DNA of 64,000 bases from Amphiscolops sp. MND2022 (Eukaryota): the NCBI GenBank assembly GCA_964187785.1, contig OZ076409.1, positions 68,946,001-69,010,000 of the forward strand, in the 5' to 3' direction. A model generated the notes under the pieces. It was not told where the DNA came from. It ran no database searches and saw nothing but the letters and a program-made list of their open reading frames with translations. Shown in pieces: positions 52,503 through 64,000 of this stretch. Every line of letters starts with the position of its first letter. Within the stretch, counting starts at the first letter, position 1. The position numbers and the translations under genes were made by a program.

Positions 52503-53407
52503 TATTATCTTTTTTGCAATTTTGTTGATTCGCAGAGCGACTTGTTGCTTGCAAGGTTCAAAGTTGAATAAATTTGTCAAAATTTTCTTCAGACCAATTC
52601 AGGCTATTCTCCCGGAGTCCCATTTCGGCGGGAGAGACCATGGCCAATCGCCCTGATCCGTCGTAAACTTTCTAGAATGGAATTTCTCAGCGGCTTATTT
52701 ATCCTTTGAAATTCGGAATGGAACCCCCCTTTCTCACTCTCTCAAGTGAGTATGCGAAGGGGTGTTAAGTTGACAACAACAAATAATTCCACTTCGAGTG
52801 GGTAATCAACATCAAGCTTGATAGCAATTAACGGCACTTGTCGGATGAAACTCACTGAAATGGCTTCAGCCAATCGAATTTGAGTTTCGATAGATGTGGA
52901 AAATGAATAATAAAGATGGCAGAAAATAATAATTTTGAATAACTAAAATGGCGAAAATCTAACTAAGGTAACTAGGAAAACTGAACAAAACGGCAACATA
53001 AATTGGGGTAAACGGCCATAATCGGCCACTAATTGTAACAAGGTTGTAAATAGCGAGATACGTCCTGTACATTTCGCTGGCAGACTCCGTGTACAGATTT
53101 AAATATGTAGATAATCAAATAATATTAGTCTGGTAATTTTCTTCAGCCACGAACTCCAACTTTCAATCTCTTTGATTATTATTATATTCCAATTCCTTTT
53201 TACTCACGTAATTGTTATATTCGAATTGTCCATTCGTCTGAATCTTCGATAACGGTATACGATCGCTCCTGCTTTCGCTTCCACCGACAGCTATTCCCAT
53301 CGGATCATCTCCGACTTCCCTTCACCTTTAGCCGAGTTCGGCCTTATCCCCCAATTATCCAAGCCGATCTAGGACTGTTTCCCGAAACTCAGCGCTTCTA
53401 CGGCAAG

Positions 53408-56400
53408 ATGTCTTCTGATTCAGGTTGGTTTGGATTTTATAATTTGAACAAAGTTAACTTGATCCGAGCTAATTTGTCCGATAGGCGCTTCCTGTTTCCA
53501 TCAACTAATACGCGATAGCACGTTTCGTTCACGTTTCAAACACTTCCGGAAGATTTCTAATGCGGTTTAATGGATTCTTTCCAAGGAAGCTCACCGCGAA
53601 AATTCATCTCTTTCTGTTTAGAGAATCCAGTAGAAGAAACTCATTCGACACCAAATCCAACCTTTGTCCAAGTCTCTACCGCAATTGATGGCAAGGGTCC
53701 CAGGCCTGAGAATCAACTTGACCAACGGGCATCCTCAAAAGAAGATGATAGTGATGAAGACGTTAACGCATACGCTGCCAGCGTTGTGCGTCTGAAAGAG
53801 AAATCCCCAATTTTTGGGACAGAACAATCTGGAAACACTGAGGTCCAAGCCCAACAGACCCTAGAATCAGCAGTTACGGGCTCGGATATCGCAACCCAAG
53901 TCCGGACGAGTACCCCAGTACCAGTCGGTCCAACTGAGGCTCACCCCTCTAGTTTGACTTCCCTCGAGTCAGCTCTCAGGATTACTACCACAGCGGAGAG
54001 CAGCCTTCCAGAGTTGGTCCCAGTTACGACATCCCTCATCAGAGAACATTCTGGAACACACCTTTCTGCCGGCGAAGACACTTCATCTTCCATATATGAG
54101 GTCCCAGCACTGCCCGGATTGTCGGATCAAAGGATACTCCCGAACGAATTAAGTGACGCTGAAAAGACTGAAGATGAGATAAGTAGGTTGGGATATCATC
54201 ATACCCGAAATATTGCCTTTGGCGATCCAGAGTCAGGAACGGAGGGAGGAGACGAATCAGGTCCCGCTACCGAGATTACCAATCAGGCGGAACCCGGAAC
54301 TTCAGGACGTACGGTCAATGTCCCCACGCAGGAATTGTCGGGAAGGAGCAGGGCAATACTCAAACAATTTTTCGATGAAACGCCTCCATTTTCTTTGTCA
54401 GTTGGACATCCCACAGTGGCTTTTAGTGAGCCCCAATTATATCACCTCCTCAAAACTCTCACCAATGAAACACTGAGTCAGTCTTTCACAACCATGGAGA
54501 AGATGGTTTTAGGAGCAGTAAGGGGGGCCCCAGCGACTGCAGAGTCACGGACTGACCATTTTCGGTCTCGGCACCGAGCCCAAACTCCCCACCCTCGAAT
54601 GGACAGTGACACTAGCGAGGGAGGAACTGAGAGCGATTCGTACTTTGGTCCACCTGGTCCAGGTTCTTCAGGTACCTCAGCAGGAGAAGACATGTCGGTG
54701 AGTTATGGGGAATCGGACAGTGCAGCAGAAATGGCTTTGATTGCCGAGTCATTCCAGAAATCTACTGCCGATGGGTCCAAACAACGAGCCTCAGAAGCAA
54801 GGATCCCGGCCAAAATTGTTGACGCTGGAACCTCCAGTGAAATGAGTTGTCCCGATGAGACACTGTCCGCAATCAGGGAAGCAGCAAGTGAGGAGAGGAC
54901 TAACACAGCCCCTCAGATTAAGAAGACTAAAAGGAAATCTGTTGCAGTCCAACGTGGGGTCCCCATGCGGGAGGAGTTTTTCTCCAAAATTGGTTGGACG
55001 CGGTCCTTCATCTCCGGGCCTGCAGACCCTCTCCACAACCCTTGCATGGTGTGGTGCCACATCTGCAAGAAAAATATCTCTATAAAGACTAAAGGCACTT
55101 TCGAGATCATACGGCACCACAGGTCAGAGAAGCATTTGAGGCGCGATCAAAGGTGGAGATATGAACACCTTCGAAGTGTCGACCCCATCAGTGGAAAAGT
55201 TCAACACAGAGTACGAGGCCGGAACGGGAAGGTGTTGACTAAAATTGAGCTTGCCAAGGAGCTCCCGAAATTTATCCATGCCGAATTGGTGGACATAGGG
55301 GAGCGTTTCCCCTTTTATGACGATTTCCTTAAAGGAAGCTCTACAGCGCTGGTGACACCTGATTCGCGGGCCAAAACCCAAATCTGTATCATCTCGGACT
55401 ACATCCAGACGCACGGCGACCTGTCTTTACTTCGCAATTTGTGGGCAAGGATTGGGTCCTTCACAAACTACCAGGCTACGCTTTGTGATTTTGACTGGGG
55501 CGAAGAACGTCTCACTGTAAGTATAGTCTTCATTGACCGCTGGAAAAAGAAGGGGGGGTCGTATTAATCGTTATTGAGTATTCGTGTTTTTCAGGCCATA
55601 TTCCAGCATATCTTCAATTGTGCAATGGACGACATCTCCCAGGTGGTAGCTGCCGAACAATGTTTCTCAGTAGAGTTTGAAGACTACGGTAGTTATCGTC
55701 ATATGAGTGTACGCTTCTGGAAAGACGAAAAGTTGTGTCGCGTGTTTACATGCCGTAGTAAGCTCCCATCACCGCAACTCACAGGGGAGCTAGGATCACT
55801 GTCTCGGTTCCTTTCCGTGGTCTCCACCAGAGCAGACATCGTGGCGTGTTCTGGATGCTCAGTGGACTTTGTACGCACTCTTGACCATTGCAGTTACTTC
55901 CCCAGAGGAGTCCAAAGCTGTTCCCGATTCGAGCACTTGTCACTGTTCACACTGATGCATAAAGGAAGTTACAGCGTCTTTGGAAAGATTGACTTCTTTT
56001 CAGTGTTGCAAGCCCTCTTGGTCTCATTGGGAGGGTCTCAAACAGAGGACTGGGTCCTAGAGTCCCCCGAACTTCATCGGGTTGGTATGACAGTTAATGT
56101 GAATCACGGGTTCAAAATAAAGGCAGAGGTTTCACTCCCGTTCTATTATTCTAGGCAATCTCTTCATGCAAAATTGACCTTAAGGGCCTGCCCACACTGT
56201 GCACAGAGCTGGTCAACCAATGGAAGAATGTGCGCACTTATCTAACCGTTCACTCGGCCAGACAAGAAGGTCAAGGAGTCCGAAGCAGAGTAAGTCTTTC
56301 GTCCTAATCGTTCCACATCGTGGTTGATTCAGAGTTCCCTTGGTCTTTTACAGGCCACTAATTTCTTACTGATTGTTAACACGGTCTTTGTGTTTCACAG

Positions 56401-57716
56401 GTGCAGAGTTTTGAGTAGTCGCTCATTTGTGACGAGTTTATCACTGTCAAACTCGAGTTTTTCCAACGACTTGTCAGCGATTGTTAGTGGTTTCTTGTAG
56501 TTTCCTTTTGTTTTGTTCTGCTTGTTTCGGACATTTTCCTTTTATGGTTGTAGATTTATCCAGCTTCGTAGTCAACCTCCACCAGCGACGTGACGCATCC
56601 TTCTATCTGTTTGGTGAGGCTAGCCAATTTGTGTACCGGCTCTGTTCCCGCTGTTTCACCCCTGATACTGTCCCCTTAGAAAATTCCTGGTTCCATCTCA
56701 TGGGATTCAAAACATCGGAAGGAAAATTCAAAGAGGTGGAGGACTTCCTGATTCGGCTGAAGCTCTCTTCGAAAGTTGCTGCAGCCAGTAAAATCAAGGC
56801 TGAAGGGCTCTTAGTTGGCAAGAAACCTGATAAGGCCACAATCCAGAAGACCGTCAATGAAGTGAAGAGTGATTTTGTCCAGGAGGCACTCAGTTTCATC
56901 AAGCACGTGATAGAGGGAGTGTTACATCAGGTGGGGCTGAATTCCCACTTGGTCCAAGGCTTGGCAGCTTTCAATCCTCAGATCTTGTTTAGCCGTCCAA
57001 TTGATGTTGCTTTGCGGCATTTTGAGGTGCTCTATAACACTTTCCTGCAACGATCTTGGGTCACAAGCGCTGATGAATCTTCTTATCGCGAAGAATACCT
57101 CGGTCTGGTAGACCATTTGCGAATTACTTATCCGGCTGACTTCAACTTCACCGATTTATCTGCTGATTTGATCGAATTCCTCATGGGAGTTGATTTCCTC
57201 CGTTCTAAACCACGACTTCTCCGTCTCTTCAAGTTGTGCTGTCTGTGCATTACGGCTTGTAGTAGAGAATTCCCTCCTGTTACTTTTGGTAACAATGGTC
57301 TTGTAGGCCCTCATGGAAGGTTCACTGATGTCGTGTTGCCAGGACAAAGTTATTTGTCTGGGGTTCCCGATTCAATCCCATTCTGCAGTCAGGATTCAAG
57401 TCTGCCAAAATTCTCCTTGCTTGCCTCTGATTTCGGAAGGGCAGCCTTCGCCCCCACTTATGATCCTTGGGATTATGTGGACACGTTTGGGCGATCCAAA
57501 ATCTATAAGTCCTTACTTTCGTCCTACAAGGTAGCGGCAGCAGGCCCTCAAGGAAACGTTGTCAGCTTGGATCCCCGAGAAGTTTCTCCTATACCTGAGC
57601 AGTCTGCCTTACAGATCCCAAGTAGTACAAAGAGAAGACGGATGGGCACTACAAAGTCTCGGTCTTCTAGTTCATCTGTCACCAGTGTTCCCACACCCTC
57701 AACTTCTAAGAAGTAA
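53408..57716 (+). CDS. Antisense, spliced accessory gene of element B (~1,258 aa; low-complexity N-terminus, zinc finger, hAT-transposase-like body)
   Basis: Exons 53408-53423, 53622-55516, 55595-56080, 56155-56289, 56401-56482, 56554-57716. All GT-AG and in phase (3777 nt); one in-frame TAG at 56416. Finger CHIC-x16-H-x5-H. Confidence 0.82.
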
Positions 57717-57960
57717 CTTGTACATGTGTATTTATGTACGCTAGTTCACAAACTTTGTTTATTCTTTGTTGTATTTATTCTTTCGTTTGCCTTTGATTTC
57801 TGTTTCCTCATTGTTTGTATCTTTCACCCCCGTATTTATTTATTTTGAAAGGGGTCCTTCATTCGTCCCATTATTTATTCAAAAGATACTAGAGGGACTG
57901 GAAAAAACGGAAAAAAAAGATAATAAGAAAGAACTCCCATTTTCGGGAAGAATTCAATCT

Positions 57961-60900
57961 TTAGTATCTGAAGTCTTCTGAGTAGTTTGGATTAGGGTTA
58001 GGCCTGAGATTATATTTCCCTCCTCTAGGGCTCAGACTTTCATTTCTAGCATCGCTTTCGGATATTTCGGACACGATAATATCATCCCCCCTTTTTGGAG
58101 AGGTTTGTGCATCGTTTTCATTCATTGAATTTCTTTCTGAAAAAATTTCATCATTTTCCGGTCCACCTGCCGTACTCGGCAAAGAATTTTCTTGGTTTTT
58201 TGGGGAAACGGCCGGATTCGGCCAATCAGATTTGGTATTTTCTGTCACTGCAGTAGCTTTATTTCTTTCAGTGACGTCATCATCTAAGCGTTTATTCCGG
58301 CTGTGTGCCGCGTTGTCGTTGTTTAATTCTTCTCGCGTGATTATGTAATCCGCTTCGGTCTCGTCTACGTCATTTGCATTCGTTTCCGCCGTGTTCGGCT
58401 GTTCGCCATTCGGCAGGCTAGTCGGAATAGGAGTTCTGCCTCGCGTGACTAGCTGTTCGCCAAAATCAGTTTCCCACGTTATGATGTATAAATCATCTTG
58501 CGGAATTATAATTTCTTCATCTGGCTGCAACTGTTGTTCTCGGAAATTGTCCTCTAGCGGTTGATTGGGGACAAACTTTTTCAGGCGAATCCGATGCAAA
58601 ATTTGAGTTTTGTTTGTATTAAGCCGTCGTACTATGTAGTTTTCATTTGGTAAAACTTTTTGGACTATAAATGGTCAAACCCAGCGGTAATCTCGGAAGG
58701 GAATCTTTGATCCTTGATTGTCCGCTTTCGGCTGTAGGACGAAACAGTACTCATTCTCCTTTAATGGAGCAGCTTTTGCTTTACGGTCGTAATATTCTTT
58801 GTATTTAATATACGATTGCATGATATTCTGCTTCGTCTTGTCAATCAAGGCTTTAGTCCGGTTTTGGATTTCTTCTGCAAATTCGGTTGTAGGGTTGATC
58901 TTTTCGTTTGGATTATTTCCAAGCTTGTGATCCAGAATGTTATAGGGAATTCTGCCATGGAATACTCTCGTTGGCTCACAACCAATACTGGCATGATAAC
59001 TCGTATTATGATTAAGTACTGCTAATGGCAAATATTTATGCCATTGTCGGCGGTATTCCCCACATGCCATTTTGAGGTTTGTTTTCAACGAGGCATGGGT
59101 CCGCTCCAATTTCCCAATTGTTTGCGGGTGTTTTGTCGTTGCACATTTGAGTGTTATGCCCAAAATCTGCGTAATCTCCGCAATAATGGTAGAAGTAAAT
59201 GCAGTACCCTTATCAGTAATAAGAGTCGTTGGCAGATATGTATGTTTGGTCATTATATCAATGAGCGCTTTTGCCACATTGATCGCTGATGCATCCGCAA
59301 GAGGGTAAGCGAATAAATATCTGGAGAAAACATCAATTGCCGTTAGGACATTTTCATACCCTCCACTTGGGGGAAGATTCGGCAATAGGTCAATCTGCAT
59401 GGCGTCTTCAGGTCCAAGGTCCCATTCGGGCAAGTTGAGCAGCTCAGGTGTGATCGTTGCGTTAGGGACTCTCTTGTCTCTGGCACATTGTTCACACCCT
59501 TCTACCCACTTTTTGACGTGTTTAGCCAGGCTAGGGTAGTAATACCTTTGTCTGATTTCCTGCAACATTTTTGAAATCCCGGGATGTTTATGCGCTGTCC
59601 CGTGAAGGGAGTGAAGCAATTCCCGAAGTAGGTGTTGCGGGAGCAAAATCTGATGGTATTTAACATTCCCTGTTTCATCAAAATATTGCCTCGTCAGGAT
59701 TTCGTCCTTGAGTACAATTCGTTCCAGATTATTTGCATAGTGTCTATATCGGGCATCCTGTTGCAGTATGTTTTCTGAATAGTCTTCATGAAGGAGCTTT
59801 GCCTTCAATTGTTGCAATACTGCATCTTTGGACTGCTCGATGATTATCTGGTTTGTTTTCTTCAATCGGACTTGAATGTCTGGTTGTTGTTTGACCAGAT
59901 TGATTGACAGAGTTTCTATGGTAACTGTGGGCTCATCAGTCATTGGATTTTTCCTGATTGCTTCTTTTCTTGCCCAATACTGTTCCTCTGTCTCGTCATC
60001 ATCATTCGTATAGAATATTTGTTCTTCCTGTGATACCCCCGCAGATTGGACATTTATCTCAATGGGTAAAGTCTGCACGTCCTCACGGATCTTCATGATT
60101 AATTTATCCTTCGGATCTGCCTCCAATCGGGACAAATAGTCAGCCGCTGTGTTCTGTGCTCCCGGGATATGCGCTATGACAAAATTGAACTGAACCACAT
60201 AATCGCATGCATTCCACAGGGCTGGGGGTATTATTTTCGTTTGGAAAAATCTCGTAACGGCTTTGTTGTCGGTAAGGATAATGACCGGTTTGGGCGCACC
60301 CCAGAATATATGTCCAAATTCTTTGAATGCAAAGTAAATTGCCAGAAATTCCTTGGCATATATTGACATTTTGATCTGGGCTGGGGTGAAGGTTTTTGAT
60401 CCATAGGCCACTGGTGCGTAGGATTTTCGGAGAGATGTGAATTTCTGGTTTGGATCGTCCTCTATTAAGACCGCATATCCAGCTGCACCAAAACTTGCGT
60501 CAGTCATTAGTGCGATTTGTTTGTTTGGGATAGGCTGTTGTAGGGCTAAATCGCAACATTTGTCGAGTGCTTTGTTGATTTCTTCGAATTGTTGGACTAA
60601 TTCTTTCGATACTAGGACCTTTTCGTCACTTTTGAGCATCTTGTAGAATGGAGCAAGGCGTTCGGAGAGTCTTGGGACATAATTCCTGTAGTAGTTTAGG
60701 AATCCCAAATAGCGCTGTAAAGCCTTTTTCGACTTCGGGAATTTAGTCTTTTCCAGGAAGTTTTGCACATTCTGTTTCTGGGGTTTGACGCCTTGTGGGG
60801 TAATAGTCCGTCCGAGAAAATCAATTTCTTTTGCACCGAAGTGACATTTGTGCATTGTTAACTTAAGGCCTGCTTCCTGTATGCATTTGAATGTAGCTCT

Positions 60901-63174
60901 CAGGTTCATTATGAGGTGGTCAACATCATTGGCTGCGATGCCGATATCGTCCACATACTTGGCACACTGATCTGCTTTGATGACTTTGTCGAGGTATTCC
61001 CTCATGAAACTTGAGAATGCGGATAGTGAACGGCTAAGGCCTTGTGCCAAACGTCTGTAGGCAAATGTGCGACTGGCAAAATTGAAAGCTAACATTTCGA
61101 TTGAGCGTTGGTCGGCCATTGGTAGGCGGTGGTATGCCTGCGAACAGTCTAATTTACAGAACAGTTTTTTGCCTGCCAAGTGTTGGGCAGCATCAACCAA
61201 GGTGCTAACAGGGTGATTATTGTTGATATAATCATCCGAGATGAGGTTGTTGATTTTTCTCAAGTCAACCAAAAGTCGTAGCTTCCCATTTGGTTTCTTT
61301 TGGGCGAATATTGGGCTTGCATACTTTGAGAACGGTAGTGTGGTTATTATGCCATATTTGTGCAACATGGCTAATTCGACTAGGATGTCCTCCTTCAGAT
61401 TGATAGGAGCTGGAAGGCTTTGACTATAGGCTGGGGAATCGTCCTTAGGTGTCAGTTTCACTTTGAATTCCTCGTTCATGCCTATATCAAATCGGTGTCG
61501 TGCAAAGATGTCATGGAATTCCACTAACAATTCTTCAATTTTCTCCTTCTCTTCAGGAGTAAGGGTGGAATCTTTCCAGTCAAAGTTTTCTAAGAATTTT
61601 GCACGCGATTCTGCATCTGTGGTGGGGTCGAGTGTCTCCAGGTCCTGTAAGGCCTGTAACTCGCGTAGGATTCGTTTTTGTATAGGTGTGTGTTCCTCAG
61701 GATTTCCAGGGTTTTCTGGAGTTGGGAACCAATAATTTTCGGAGTTTTGTGGATTTCTATTGGTTTTGATGAGACTGCTGACATAATGGGCCGCTTGCTC
61801 CTGGTCATTCTGCAAAAGGTGCCAGGTTGATGCCGGGTCTACCGGTTTGACATACTTCATCTGTTCTGGCGTCATGACAGAGAAATTGGCAATATGTAGT
61901 CCCTTTTTGAGTTTATAAGGGTGGTCTGTGAAGTTGCTCACTGGTATCGATATATCGCCGTCATTCAGAGTGACCAAGGCTGGGCAGAATGTGATGTCTT
62001 TTTCTTCATGTAGGAGGTCGCTCGGTTGCAAAATCCCAGTGACAGCATTTTCAGGGTATAGTAAGGAATTAGTCCGGATTAGGACTCTGTCATTTGGCGG
62101 GATGGTTATTTCAGCAGGGTTGAGTATTGGTTCAAGTACGTTTGAGTACTTATGGTCAGCTGTTTTGAGCTGCATTGAAAAGAACGGGAAATTCAAAATT
62201 CCTTGTCTCATGTCCAGTACTGTATGATTTCGTTGAAGGAACATTAGGCCGATAATCGGACCTGTCAGGTGTTCCATGACTAGAAAAATCTCATGAAACT
62301 CAATGTCACCAACTTCAAATTTGAGCTCTATGGTACTCTTAGGAGTTTCCAATTGCCCATTAGCAACCATGATTTGGAAATTTGGAGGTGGACCTTCCCG
62401 GATAACAGATTGTGGAGATAGGAGTCGAATTTTCCGGAGGTCCATCTCAGGAATTGCACTGGACAGCGCTCCAGTGTCGATAAATCCGTCTATGGTCAAC
62501 TCCCCAAAGTCCATGGGGAAGTACAACATGCGTTTTTTGCATTTGAGATTGATGTTGGTTGACAATGGTACACAGTCTGGTTCACCGTCCCTGGTGATTA
62601 AGATATTCTGGAATTGCTTCTCGTCTAATAGTGATTGTGGTATGGGTTGAGCAACGTCTTCATGGGTCTCTGTCCCTAATGGGTTTGGGAACACTGGATG
62701 GTTGGTGCCATCATTCATTTGCCAGTTTTCAACTAGTGCTCTGGTCTTTTTATTGTGGGTGATTGGAGGGTTCTCGTGGACTGTTCTATTATAGTGCTCG
62801 ATGTCGTCTAAGACATATTGAAATTGTAGTTGTTCCTGGTTGTAGATTTCTGTGTCCCAATAAGGGTCTCTGCCGTAGTCTGGATCTATGTAGGTAGGGT
62901 TGTAATTGTCAACCAGGGGAATAGGCCTGAATCGGGTAGTGAAGGTAGTGGTATAATCAGGGTCCCAAACAGGAATTGGTTTTTGGAACAAATGTGTGTT
63001 GTTATATGTGATGGTTATTGCTTTATCCATCTGTTGCTGCCAGACAACAGAGGGATAGCCCATCAATTGCTGATTGTAATGGTGGAAAGTTTGCGTTGGA
63101 GGGTCCGATCTGATGTATTGTCGGACAGATATTAGTTCGTTATATTGGAGTCGTGGCGAAGTTACTTTTTTGAC
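57961..63174 (-). CDS. pol: Pol of element B (PR, RT, RNase H, IN); one frameshift near 58675 in the C-terminal region
   Basis: 1463-aa ORF with FIDTGA, KYVDDIG, MTDASFGAAG, ILTDNKA, HGTAHKH..C..C, DLLPNLP, TDKGTAF, GKLERTH; frame open from 63174. Confidence 0.96.
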
Positions 63175-64000
63175 TCATCATTATGATATGAGGATTGGGA
63201 GCCCGATGATGTCGATTTGGTCTGGGGTTTCTGAGCCTTTGGATTGGGCCTATTGTCAGTTGAGTCCTCAGGTCTAGTGCGTTTGGGTTTAAGATGTGCA
63301 CCAGCACCTTGCCAACATCGTTCTTCCGGGTGGTTCTTTTTGCCACAAGTTCCACACTCCGGGTATGTTTTCTTCTGAGTTGACTTGCCTTGTTGGGCAT
63401 CTTTCTCTTTTTTCTTTTTCAGTTTTTCGCAGTCTTTGACCATGTGGCCTTTTTCCTTGCAATAATTGCAAGTAATGTCTGACATTTGCCCAGTGGACAG
63501 AGGAGTTTTAGATTTTGTAGTCGAGGAGGTCATTGTGGCCATTGGTAGGTCATCTGATTCCTCAAGGGCGTTGAGTTCCAACTCTCTCTCCAAATGAGCA
63601 ACAATTTCATCATATGAGCCATTTTCTAGTCTGGCCATGTTGACAGACCGCTTCAACTTAGGTGGCAATTTTGCATAGAGCAAGCTGTCAATCATTCTCT
63701 GTGCATGATCACCAAACGCCTTCTCGGCTCCCTGGTTTAATTCTTCGAGAAAATCAGGCAGCTTCATCGTATTGGGATCGAAGACTAGGCGGTGCCATAT
63801 ATGTTTGGCAGTCGCCTGTGATTCGGGTTTGACGTATTTCCGTCTAAAGATGACTAGTACGTCCTCTAGAGTTTGTCGGTTGTTTGAGCTGATATTTCTG
63901 AACGTCTGAAGAGCATTCTTCCTCAATAAAGAGTGGAAGTGATTGATCTTCATTTGTTCAGTCATTTCTGGCTGCATCTTGATCATAGTGTGAAATAGGT
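63162..64000 (-). CDS. gag: Gag of element B (N-terminus outside the window)
   Basis: CNYCKEKGHMVKDC and CGTCGKKNHPEERC knuckles; homologous to the Gag of A. Confidence 0.92.
   Translation of the reverse strand, partial: LFHTMIKMQPEMTEQMKINHFHSLLRKNALQTFRNISSNNRQTLEDVLVIFRRKYVKPESQATAKHIWHRLVFDPNTMKLPDFLEELNQGAEKAFGDHAQRMIDSLLYAKLPPKLKRSVNMARLENGSYDEIVAHLERELELNALEESDDLPMATMTSSTTKSKTPLSTGQMSDITCNYCKEKGHMVKDCEKLKKKKEKDAQQGKSTQKKTYPECGTCGKKNHPEERCWQGAGAHLKPKRTRPEDSTDNRPNPKAQKPQTKSTSSGSQSSYHNDESKK

Larger units (their letters stand above)
50402..64000 (-). mobile_element. Element B: Ty3/Gypsy LTR retrotransposon with two accessory genes (5' end outside the window)
   Basis: gag-pol on - strand, antisense spliced gene, extra sense ORF, and an LTR-end-like ...GCTTACGACA at 50402; left boundary inferred. 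Confidence 0.8.

Overview
Eukaryotic, AT-rich, repeat-dense window with no recognisable host gene, probably from an invertebrate animal. It contains three Ty3/Gypsy LTR retrotransposons. Element A (17566-36860, +) is complete at 19.3 kb, with 2.24-kb LTRs and a CCGAT TSD, and is inserted into a decayed hAT transposase. Element B (about 50402 to beyond 64000, -) has a near-intact gag-pol. Element C (about 4237-11600, -) is old and decayed. There are also two decayed hAT elements, several MITE/foldback elements and a 3 x 2.1-kb tandem duplication. Main finding: A and B each carry, downstream of pol and antisense to it, a multi-exon spliced gene of about 1,070 and 1,260 aa. Each encodes a low-complexity N-terminus, a C-x2-C-x16-H-x5-H zinc finger and a hAT-transposase-like body. 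The two genes are homologous and share three intron positions despite deep divergence. Each element also carries its own spaced DNA motif: about 66 copies of GATG-N7-GATG in 60-70-bp-phased arrays in A, and palindromic GGCC-N6-GGCC in B. Together these suggest a retrotransposon-encoded DNA-binding protein plus cognate cis-sites, possibly an anti-silencing system. That function is inference.
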